From the human T2T-CHM13v2.0 reference genome, Homo sapiens, in NCBI RefSeq assembly GCF_009914755.1, contig NC_060938.1: a stretch of 64,000 bases of DNA; one strand, written 5' to 3'. This document shows positions 1 through 12,000 of this stretch, in pieces (position 1 is the stretch's first letter; each line of letters opens with the position of its first letter). Made by a program: the position numbers and the translations under genes. The notes beneath the pieces are model-generated. The model did no database searches, was not told the DNA's origin, and saw only the letters and a program-made list of their open reading frames with translations.

Positions 1-3000
1 AGAACAGAGGTCGCTGCATTTAGAAAGGAGGCGGGGTCAGAGGAATAGAAAGGGACAGGGCTGAAGAACACAGGTCGCTGCATTTAGAAAGGAGGCGGGG
101 TCAGAGGAATAGAAAGGGACAGGGCTGAAGAACACAGGTCGCTGCATTTAGAAAGGAGGCGGGGTCAGAGGAATAGAAAGGGACAGGGCTGAAGAACAGA
201 GGTCGCTGCATTTAGAAAGGAGGCGGGGTCAGAGGAATAGAAAGGGATAGGCCTGAAGAACACAGGTCGCTGCATTTAGAAAGGAGGCGGGGTTAGAGGA
301 ATAGGAAGGGACAGGGCTGAAGAACAGAGGTCGCTGCATTTAGAAAGGAGGCGGGGTCAGAGGAATAGAAAGGGACAGGGCTGAAGAACAGAGGTCGCTG
401 CATTTAGAAAGGAGGCGGGGTCAGAGGAATAGAAAGGGAGAGGGCTGAAGAACACAGGTCGCTGCATTTAGAAAGGAGGCGGGGTCAGAGGAATAGAAAG
501 GGACAGGGCTGAAGAACAGAGGTCGCTGCATTTAGAAAGGAGGCGGGGTCAGAGGAATAGAAAGGGACAGGGCTGAAGAACAGAGGTCGCTGCATTTAGA
601 AAGGAGGCGGGGTCAGAGGAATAGAAAGGGACAGGACAGAAGAACACAGGTCGCTGCATTTAGAAAGGAGGCGGGGTCAGAGGAATAGAAAGGGATAGGG
701 CTGAAGAACACAGGTCGCTGCATTTAGAAAGGAGGCGGGGTCAGAGGAATAGAAAGGGATAGGGCTGAAGAACAGAGGTCGCTGCATTTAGAAAGGAGGC
801 GGGGTCAGTAGAATAGAAAGGGACAGGACAGAAGAACACAGGTCGCTGCATTTAGAAAGGAGGCGGGGTCAGAGGAATAGAAAGGGACAGGACAGAAGAA
901 CACAGGTCGCTGCATTTAGAAAGGAGGCGGGGTCAGAGGAATAGAAAGGGACAGGGCTGAAGAACACAGGTCGCTGCATTTAGAAAGGAGGCGGGGTCAG
1001 AGGAATAGAAAGGGATAGGGCTGAAGAACACAGGTCGCTGCATTTAGAAAGGAGGCGGGGTCAGAGGAATAGAAAGGGACAGGGCTGAAGAACACAGGTC
1101 GCTGCATTTAGAAAGGAGGCGGGGTCAGAGGAATAGAAAGGGACAGGGCTGAAGAACACAGGTCGCTGCATTTAGAAAGGAGGCGGGGTCAGAGGAATAG
1201 AAAGGGACAGGGCTGAAGAACAGAGGTCGCTGCATTTAGAAAGGAGGCGGGGTCAGAGGAATAGAAAGGGATAGGCCTGAAGAACACAGGTCGCTGCATT
1301 TAGAAAGGAGGCGGGGTTAGAGGAATAGGAAGGGACAGGGCTGAAGAACAGAGGTCGCTGCATTTAGAAAGGAGGCGGGGTCAGAGGAATAGAAAGGGAT
1401 AGGACTGAAGAACAGAGGTCGCTGCATTTAGAAAGGAGGCGGGGTCAGAGGAATAGAAAGGGACAGGGCTGAAGAACAGAGGTCGCTGCATTTAGAAAGG
1501 AGGCGGGGTCAGAGGAATAGAAAGGGACAGGGCTGAAGAACAGAGGTCGCTGCATTTAGAAAGGAGGCGGGGTCAGAGGAATAGAAAGGGATAGGGCTGA
1601 AGAACACAGGTCGCTGCATTTAGAAAGGAGGCGGGGTCAGAGGAATAGAAAGGGACAGGGCTGAAGAACAGAGGTCGCTGCATTTAGAAAGGAGGCGGGG
1701 TCAGAGGAATAGAAAGGGACAGGGCTGAAGAACAGAGGTCGCTGCATTTAGAAAGGAGGCGGGGTCAGAGGAATAGAAAGGGACAGGACAGAAGAACACA
1801 GGTCGCTGCATTTAGAAAGGAGGCGGGGTCAGAGGAATAGAAAGGGATAGGGCTGAAGAACACAGGTCGCTGCATTTAGAAAGGAGGCGGGGTCAGAGGA
1901 ATAGAAAGGGATAGGGCTGAAGAACAGAGGTCGCTGCATTTAGAAAGGAGGCGGGGTCAGTAGAATAGAAAGGGACAGGACAGAAGAACACAGGTCGCTG
2001 CATTTAGAAAGGAGGCGGGGTCAGAGGAATAGAAAGGGACAGGGCTGAAGAACACAGGTCGCTGCATTTAGAAAGGAGGCGGGGTCAGAGGAATAGAAAG
2101 GGATAGGGCTGAAGAACACAGGTCGCTGCATTTAGAAAGGAGGCGGGGTCAGAGGAATAGAAAGGGACAGGGCTGAAGAACACAGGTCGCTGCATTTAGA
2201 AAGGAGGCGGGGTCAGAGGAATAGAAAGGGATAGGGCTGAAGAACACAGGTCGCTGCATTTAGAAAGGAGGCGGGGTCAGAGGAATAGAAAGGGACAGGG
2301 CTGAAGAACACAGGTCGCTGCATTTAGAAAGGAGGCGGGGTCAGAGGAATAGAAAGGGACGGGGCTGAAGAACAGAGGTCGCTGCATTTAGAAAGGAGGC
2401 GGGGTCAGAGGAATAGAAAGGGATGGGGCTGAAGAACACAGGTCGCTGTATTTAGAAAGGAGGCGGGGTCAGAGGAATAGAAAGGGATAGGCCTGAAGAA
2501 CAGAGGTCGCTGCATTTAAAAAGGAGGCGGGGTTAGAGGAATAGAAAGGGACAGGGCTGAAGAACAGAGGTCGCTGCATTTAGAAAGGAGGCGGGGTCAG
2601 AGGAATAGAAAGGGATAGGGCTGAAGAACACAGGTCGCTGCATTTAGAAAGGAGGCGGGGTCAGAGGAATAGAAACGGATAGGGCTGAAGAACAGAGGTC
2701 GCTGCATTTAGAAAGGAGGCGGGGTCAGAGGAATAGAAAGGGATAGGGCTGAAGAACACAGGTCGCTGCATTTAGAAAGGAGGCGGGGTCAGAGGAATAG
2801 AAAGGGACAGGGCTGAAGAACACAGGTCGCTGCATTTAGAAAGGAGGCGGGGTCAGAGGAATAGAAAGGGATAGGGCTGAAGAACAGAGGTCGCTGCATT
2901 TAGAAAGGAGGCGGGGTCAGAGGAATAGAAAGGGACAGGGCTGAGGAACAGAGGTCGCTGCATTTAGAAAGGAGGCGGGGTCAGAGGAATAGAAAGGGAC

Positions 3001-6000
3001 AGGGCTGAAGAACACAGGTCGCTGCATTTAGAAAGGAGGCGGGGTCAGAGGAATAGAAAGGGACAGGGCTGAAGAACAGAGGTCGCTGCATTTAGAAAGG
3101 AGGCGGGGTCAGAGGAATAGAAAGGGATAGGCCTGAAGAACACAGGTCGCTGCATTTAGAAAGGAGGCGGGGTCAGAGGAATAGAAAGGGATGGGGCTGA
3201 AGAACAGAGGTCGCTGCATTTAGAAAGGAGGCGGGGTCAGAGGAATAGAAAGGGACGGGGCTGAAGAACACAGGTCGCTGCATTTAGAAAGGAGGCGGGG
3301 TCAGAGGAATAGAAAGGGACAGGGCTGAAGAACACAGGTCGCTGCATTTAGAAAGGAGGCGGGGTCAGAGGAATAGAAAGGGACAGGGCTGAAGAACAGA
3401 GGTCGCTGCATTTAGAAAGGAGGCGGGGTCAGAGGAATAGAAAGGGACAGGGCTGAAGAACAGAGGTCGCTGCATTTAGAAAGGAGGCGGGGTCAGAGGA
3501 ATAGAAAGGGATAGGCCTGAAGAACACAGGTCGCTGCATTTAGAAAGGAGGCGGGGTCAGAGGAATAGAAAGGGATGGGGCTGAAGAACAGAGGTCGCTG
3601 CATTTAGAAAGGAGGCGGGGTCAGAGGAATAGAAAGGGACGGGGCTGAAGAACACAGGTCGCTGCATTTAGAAAGGAGGCGGGGTCAGAGGAATAGAAAG
3701 GGACAGGGCTGAAGAACAGAGGTCGCTGCATTTAGAAAGGAGGCGGGGTCAGAGGAATAGAAAGGGACAGGGCTGAAGAACAGAGGTCGCTGCATTTAGA
3801 AAGGAGGCGGGGTCAGAGGAATAGAAAGGGACAGGGCTGAAGAACACAGGTCGCTGCATTTAGAAAGGAGGCGGGGTCAGAGGAATAGAAAGGGACAGGG
3901 CTGAAGAACACAGGTCGCTGCATTTAGAAAGGAGGCGGGGTCAGAGGAATAGAAAGGGACAGGACTGAAGAACACAGGTCGCTTCATTTAGAAAGGAGGC
4001 GGGGTCAGAGGAATAGAAAAGGACAGGGCTGAAGAACACAGGTCGCTGCATTTAGAAAGGAGGCGGGGTCAGAGGAATAGAAAGGGACAGGGCTGAAGAA
4101 CAGAGGTCGCTGCATTTAGAAATGAGGCGGGGTCAGAGGAATAGAAAGGGACAGGGCTGAAGAACACAGGTCGCTGCATTTAGAAAGGAGGCGGGGTCAG
4201 AGGAATAGAAAGGGACAGGGCTGAAGAACACAGGTCGCTGCATTTAGAAAGGAGGCGGGGTCAGAGGAATAGAAAGGGACAGGGCTGAAGAACACAGGTC
4301 GCTGCATTTAGAAAGGAGGCGGGGTCAGAGGAATAGAAAGGGACAGGGCTGAAGAACACAGGTCGCTGCATTTAGAAAGGAGGCGGGGTCAGAGGAATAG
4401 AAAGGGATAGGACTGAAGAACACAGGTCGCTGCATTTAGAAAGGAGGCGGGGTCAGAGGAATAGAAAGGGATAGGCCTGAAGAACACAGGTCGCTGCATT
4501 TAGAAAGGAGGCGGGGTCAGAGGAATAGAAAGGGATAGGGCTGAAGAACACAGGTCGCTGCATTTAGAAAGGAGGCGGGGTCAGAGGAATAGAAAGGGAC
4601 AGGGCTGAAGAACACAGGTCGCTGCATTTAGAAAGGAGGCGGGGTCAGTAGAATAGAAAGGGACAGGACAGAAGAACACAGGTCGCTGCATTTAGAAAGG
4701 AGGCGGGGTCAGAGGAATAGAAAGGGATAGGGCTGAAGAACAGAGGTCGCTGCATTTAGAAAGGAGGCGGGGTCAGAGGAATAGAAAGGGATAGGGCTGA
4801 AGAACACAGGTCGCTGCATTTAGAAAGGAGGCGGGGTCAGAGGAATAGAAAGGGACAGGGCTGAAGAACACAGGTCGCTGCATTTAGAAAGGAGGCGGGG
4901 TCAGAGGAATAGAAAGGGATGGGGCTGAAGAACAGAGGTCGCTGCATTTAGAAAGGAGGCGGGGTCAGAGTAATAGAAAGGGATGGGGCTGAAGAACAGA
5001 GGTCGCTGCATTTAGAAAGGAGGCGGGGTCAGAGGAATAGAAAGGGACAGGGCTGAAGAACACAGGTCGCTGCATTTAGAAAGGAGGCGGGGTCAGAGGA
5101 ATAGAAAGGGACAGGGCTGAAGAACACAGGTCGCTGCATTTAGAAAGGAGGCGGGGTCAGAGGAATAGAAAGGGACAGGGCTGAAGAACAGAGGTCGCTG
5201 CATTTAGAAAGGAGGCGGGGTCAGAGGAATAGAAAGGGATAGGCCTGAAGAACACAGGTCGCTGCATTTAGAAAGGAGGCGGGGTTAGAGGAATAGGAAG
5301 GGACAGGGCTGAAGAACAGAGGTCGCTGCATTTAGAAAGGAGGCGGGGTCAGAGGAATAGAAAGGGACAGGGCTGAAGAACAGAGGTCGCTGCATTTAGA
5401 AAGGAGGCGGGGTCAGAGGAATAGAAAGGGAGAGGGCTGAAGAACACAGGTCGCTGCATTTAGAAAGGAGGCGGGGTCAGAGGAATAGAAAGGGACAGGG
5501 CTGAAGAACAGAGGTCGCTGCATTTAGAAAGGAGGCGGGGTCAGAGGAATAGAAAGGGACAGGGCTGAAGAACAGAGGTCGCTGCATTTAGAAAGGAGGC
5601 GGGGTCAGAGGAATAGAAAGGGACAGGACAGAAGAACACAGGTCGCTGCATTTAGAAAGGAGGCGGGGTCAGAGGAATAGAAAGGGATAGGGCTGAAGAA
5701 CACAGGTCGCTGCATTTAGAAAGGAGGCGGGGTCAGAGGAATAGAAAGGGATAGGGCTGAAGAACAGAGGTCGCTGCATTTAGAAAGGAGGCGGGGTCAG
5801 TAGAATAGAAAGGGACAGGACAGAAGAACACAGGTCGCTGCATTTAGAAAGGAGGCGGGGTCAGAGGAATAGAAAGGGACAGGGCTGAAGAACACAGGTC
5901 GCTGCATTTAGAAAGGAGGCGGGGTCAGAGGAATAGAAAGGGATAGGGCTGAAGAACACAGGTCGCTGCATTTAGAAAGGAGGCGGGGTCAGAGGAATAG

Positions 6001-9000
6001 AAAGGGACAGGGCTGAAGAACACAGGTCGCTGCATTTAGAAAGGAGGCGGGGTCAGAGGAATAGAAAGGGATAGGGCTGAAGAACACAGGTCGCTGCATT
6101 TAGAAAGGAGGCGGGGTCAGAGGAATAGAAAGGGACAGGGCTGAAGAACACAGGTCGCTGCATTTAGAAAGGAGGCGGGGTCAGAGGAATAGAAAGGGAC
6201 GGGGCTGAAGAACAGAGGTCGCTGCATTTAGAAAGGAGGCGGGGTCAGAGGAATAGAAAGGGATGGGGCTGAAGAACACAGGTCGCTGTATTTAGAAAGG
6301 AGGCGGGGTCAGAGGAATAGAAAGGGATAGGCCTGAAGAACAGAGGTCGCTGCATTTAGAAAGGAGGCGGGGTTAGAGGAATAGAAAGGGACAGGGCTGA
6401 AGAACAGAGGTCGCTGCATTTAGAAAGGAGGCGGGGTCAGAGGAATAGAAAGGGATAGGGCTGAAGAACACAGGTCGCTGCATTTAGAAAGGAGGCGGGG
6501 TCAGAGGAATAGAAACGGATAGGGCTGAAGAACAGAGGTCGCTGCATTTAGAAAGGAGGCGGGGTCAGAGGAATAGAAAGGGATAGGGCTGAAGAACACA
6601 GGTCGCTGCATTTAGAAAGGAGGCGGGGTCAGAGGAATAGAAAGGGACAGGGCTGAAGAACACAGGTCGCTGCATTTAGAAAGGAGGCGGGGTCAGAGGA
6701 ATAGAAAGGGATAGGGCTGAAGAACAGAGGTCGCTGCATTTAGAAAGGAGGCGGGGTCAGAGGAATAGAAAGGGATAGGCCTGAAGAACACAGGTCGCTG
6801 CATTTAGAAAGGAGGCGGGGTCAGAGGAATAGAAAGGGACAGGGCTGAAGAACACAGGTCGCTGCATTTAGAAAGGAGGCGGGGTCAGAGGAATAGAAAG
6901 GGACAGGGCTGAAGAACACAGGTCGCTGCATTTAGAAAGGAGGCGGGGTCAGAGGAATAGAAAGGGATAGGCCTGAAGAACACAGGTCGCTGCATTTAGA
7001 AAGGAGGCGGGGTCAGAGGAATAGAAAGGGACAGGGCTGAAGAACACAGGTCGCTGCATTTAGAAAGGAGGCGGGGTCAGAGGAATAGAAAGGGACAGGG
7101 CTGAAGAACACAGGTCGCTGCATTTAGAAAGGAGGCGGGGTCAGTAGAATAGAAAGGGACAGGACAGAAGAACACAGGTCGCTGCATTTAGAAAGGAGGC
7201 GGGGTCAGAGGAATAGAAAGGGACAGGGCTGAAGAACAGAGGTCGCTGCATTTAGAAATGAGGCGGGGTCAGAGGAATAGAAAGGGACAGGGCTGAAGAA
7301 CACAGGTCGCTGCATTTAGAAAGGAGGCGGGGTCAGAGGAATAGAAAGGGACAGGGCTGAAGAACAGAGGTCGCTGCATTTAGAAATGAGGCGGGGTCAG
7401 AGGAATAGAAAGGGACAGGGCTGAAGAACACAGGTCGCTGCATTTAGAAAGGAGGCGGGGTCAGAGGAATAGAAAGGGACAGGGCTGAAGAACACAGGTC
7501 ACTGCATTTAGAAAGGAGGCGGGGTCAGAGGAATAGAAAGGGACAGGGCTGAAGAACACAGGTCGCTGCATTTAGAAAGGAGGCGGGGTCAGAGGAATAG
7601 AAAGGGACAGGGCTGAAGAACACAGGTCGCTGCATTTAGAAAGGAGGCGGGGTCAGAGGAATAGAAAGGGACAGGACTGAAGAACACAGGTCGCTGCATT
7701 TAGAAAGGAGGCGGGGTCAGAGGAATAGAAAGGGATAGGACTGAAGAACACAGGTCGCTGCATTTAGAAAGGAGGCGGGGTCAGAGGAATAGAAAGGGAT
7801 AGGCCTGAAGAACACAGGTCGCTGCATTTAGAAAGGAGGCGGGGTCAGAGGAATAGAAAGGGATAGGGCTGAAGAACACAGGTCGCTGCATTTAGAAAGG
7901 AGGCGGGGTCAGAGGAATAGAAAGGGACAGGGCTGAAGAACACAGGTCGCTGCATTTAGAAAGGAGGCGGGGTCAGTAGAATAGAAAGGGACAGGACAGA
8001 AGAACACAGGTCGCTGCATTTAGAAAGGAGGCGGGGTCAGAGGAATAGAAAGGGATAGGGCTGAAGAACAGAGGTCGCTGCATTTAGAAAGGAGGCGGGG
8101 TCAGAGGAATAGAAAGGGATAGGGCTGAAGAACACAGGTCGCTGCATTTAGAAAGGAGGCGGGGTCAGAGGAATAGAAAGGGACAGGGCTGAAGAACACA
8201 GGTCGCTGCATTTAGAAAGGAGGCGGGGTCAGAGGAATAGAAAGGGATGGGGCTGAAGAACAGAGGTCGCTGCATTTAGAAAGGAGGCGGAGTCAGAGTA
8301 ATAGAAAGGGATGGGGCTGAAGAACAGAGGTCGCTGCATTTAGAAAGGAGGCGGGGTCAGAGGAATAGAAAGGGACAGGGCTGAAGAACACAGGTCGCTG
8401 CATTTAGAAAGGAGGCGGGGTCAGAGGAATAGAAAGGGATAGGGCTGAAGAACACAGGTCGCTGCATTTAGAAAGGAGGCGGGGTCAGAGGAATAGAAAG
8501 GGATAGGGCTGAAGAACACAGGTCGCTGCATTTAGAAAGGAGGCGGGGTCAGAGGAATAGAAAGGGATAGGGCTGAAGAACACAGGTCGCTGCATTTAGA
8601 AAGGAGGCGGGGTCAGAGGAATAGAAAGGGACAGGGCTGAAGAACACAGGTCGCTGCATTTAGAAAGGAGGCGGGGTCAGAGGAATAGAAAGGGATAGGA
8701 CTGAAGAACACAGGTCGCTGCATTTAGAAAGGAGGCGGGGTCAGAGGAATAGAAAGGGACAGGGCTGAAGAACACAGGTCGCTGCATTTAGAAAGGAGGC
8801 GGGGTCAGAGGAATAGAAAGGGATAGGACTGAAGAACACAGGTCGCTGCATTTAGAAAGGAGGCGGGGTCAGAGGAATGGAAAGGGACGGGGCTGAAGAA
8901 CAGAGGTCGCTGCATTTAGAAAGGAGGCGGGGTCAGAGGAATAGAAAGGGACAGGGCTGAAGAACAGAGGTCGCTGCATTTAGAAAGGAGGCGGGGTCAG

Positions 9001-12000
9001 AGGAATAGAAAGGGATAGGCCTGAAGAACACAGGTCGCTGCATTTAGAAAGGAGGCGGGGTCAGAGGAATAGAAAGGGATGGGGCTGAAGAACAGAGGTC
9101 GCTGCATTTAGAAAGGAGGCGGGGTCAGAGGAATAGAAAGGGACAGGGCTGAAGAACACAGGTCGCTGCATTTAGAAAGGAGGCGGGGTCAGAGGAATAG
9201 AAAGGGACAGGGCTGAAGAACAGAGGTCGCTGCATTTAGAAAGGAGGCGGGGTCAGAGGAATAGAAAGGGACGGGGCTGAAGAACAGAGGTCGCTGCATT
9301 TAGAAAGGAGGCGGGGTCAGAGGAATAGAAAGGGACAGGGCTGAAGAACACAGGTCGCTGCATTTAGAAAGGAGGCGGGGTCAGAGGAATAGAAAGGGAC
9401 AGGGCTGAAGAACACAGGTCGCTGCATTTAGAAAGGAGGCGGGGTCAGAGGAATAGAAAGGGACAGGACTGAAGAACACAGGTCGCTTCATTTAGAAAGG
9501 AGGCGGGGTCAGAGGAATAGAAAGGGACAGGGCTGAAGAACACAGGTCGCTGCATTTAGAAAGGAGGCGGGGTCAGAGGAATAGAAAGGGACAGGGCTGA
9601 AGAACACAGGTCACTGCATTTAGAAAGGAGGCGGGGTCAGAGGAATAGAAAGGGACAGGGCTGAAGAACACAGGTCGCTGCATTTAGAAAGGAGGCGGGG
9701 TCAGAGGAATAGAAAGGGACAGGGCTGAAGAACACAGGTCACTGCATTTAGAAAGGAGGCGGGGTCAGAGGAATAGAAAGGGACAGGGCTGAAGAACACA
9801 GGTCGCTGCATTTAGAAAGGAGGCGGGGTCAGAGGAATAGAAAGGGACAGGGCTGAAGAACACAGGTCGCTGCATTTAGAAAGGAGGCGGGGTCAGAGGA
9901 ATAGAAAGGGACAGGGCTGAAGAACACAGGTCGCTGCATTTAGAAAGGAGGCGGGGTCAGAGGAATAGAAAGGGATAGGACTGAAGAACACAGGTCGCTG
10001 CATTTAGAAAGGAGTCGGGGTCAGAGGAATAGAAAGGGATAGGCCTGAAGAACACAGGTCGCTGCATTTAGAAAGGAGGCGGGGTCAGAGGAATAGAAAG
10101 GGATAGGGCTGAAGAACACAGGTCGCTGCATTTAGAAAGGAGGCGGGGTCAGAGGAATAGAAAGGGACAGGGCTGAAGAACACAGGTCGCTGCATTTAGA
10201 AAGGAGGCGGGGTCAGTAGAATAGAAAGGGACAGGACAGAAGAACACAGGTCGCTGCATTTAGAAAGGAGGCGGGGTCAGAGGAATAGAAAGGGATAGGG
10301 CTGAAGAACAGAGGTCGCTGCATTTAGAAAGGAGGCGGGGTCAGAGGAATAGAAAGGGATAGGGCTGAAGAACACAGGTCGCTGCATTTAGAAAGGAGGC
10401 GGGGTCAGAGGAATAGAAAGGGACAGGGCTGAAGAACACAGGTCGCTGCATTTAGAAAGGAGGCGGGGTCAGAGGAATAGAAAGGGATGGGGCTGAAGAA
10501 CAGAGGTCGCTGCATTTAGAAAGGAGGCGGGGTCAGAGTAATAGAAAGGGATGGGGCTGAAGAACAGAGGTCGCTGCATTTAGAAAGGAGGCGGGGTCAG
10601 AGGAATAGAAAGGGATAGGCCTGAAGAACACAGGTCGCTGCATTTAGAAAGGAGGCGGGGTCAGAGGAATAGAAAGGGACAGGGCTGAAGAACAGAGGTC
10701 GCTGCATTTAGAAAGGAGGCGGGGTCAGAGGAATAGAAAGGGACAGGGCTGAAGAACAGAGGTCGCTGCATTTAGAAAGGAGGCGGGGTCAGAGGAATAG
10801 AAAGGGACAGGACAGAAGAACACAGGTCGCTGCATTTAGAAAGGAGGCGGGGTCAGAGGAATAGAAAGGGATAGGGCTGAAGAACACAGGTCGCTGCATT
10901 TAGAAAGGAGGCGGGGTCAGAGGAATAGAAAGGGATAGGGCTGAAGAACAGAGGTCGCTGCATTTAGAAAGGAGGCGGGGTCAGTAGAATAGAAAGGGAC
11001 AGGACAGAAGAACACAGGTCGCTGCATTTAGAAAGGAGGCGGGGTCAGAGGAATAGAAAGGGACAGGGCTGAAGAACACAGGTCGCTGCATTTAGAAAGG
11101 AGGCGGGGTCAGAGGAATAGAAAGGGATAGGGCTGAAGAACACAGGTCGCTGCATTTAGAAAGGAGGCGGGGTCAGAGGAATAGAAAGGGACAGGGCTGA
11201 AGAACACAGGTCGCTGCATTTAGAAAGGAGGCGGGGTCAGAGGAATAGAAAGGGATGGGGCTGAAGAACAGAGGTCGCTGCATTTAGAAAGGAGGCGGGG
11301 TCAGAGGAATAGAAAGGGACGGGGCTGAAGAACACAGGTCGCTGTATTTAGAAAGGAGGCGGGGTCAGAGGAATAGAAAGGGATAGGCCTGAAGAACAGA
11401 GGTCGCTGCATTTAGAAAGGAGGCGGGGTTAGAGGAATAGAAAGGGACGGGGCTGAAGAACAGAGGTCGCTGCATTTAGAAAGGAGGCGGGGTCAGAGGA
11501 ATAGAAAGGGATAGGGCTGAAGAACACAGGTCGCTGCATTTAGAAAGGAGGCGGGGTCAGAGGAATAGAAACGGATAGGGCTGAAGAACAGAGGTCGCTG
11601 CATTTAGAAAGGAGGCGGGGTCAGAGGAATAGAAAGGGATAGGGCTGAAGAACACAGGTCGCTGCATTTAGAAAGGAGGCGGGGTCAGAGGAATAGAAAG
11701 GGATAGGGCTGAAGAACACAGGTCGCTGCATTTAGAAAGGAGGCGGGGTCAGAGGAATAGAAAGGGACAGGGCTGAAGAACACAGGTCGCTGCATTTAGA
11801 AAGGAGGCGGGGTCAGAGGAATAGAAAGGGATAGGGCTGAAGAACACAGGTCGCTGCATTTAGAAAGGAGGCGGGGTCAGAGGAATAGAAAGGGACAGGG
11901 CTGAAGAACACAGGTCGCTGCATTTAGAAAGGAGGCGGGGTCAGAGGAATAGAAAGGGACAGGGCTGAAGAACACAGGTCGCTGCATTTAGAAAGGAGGC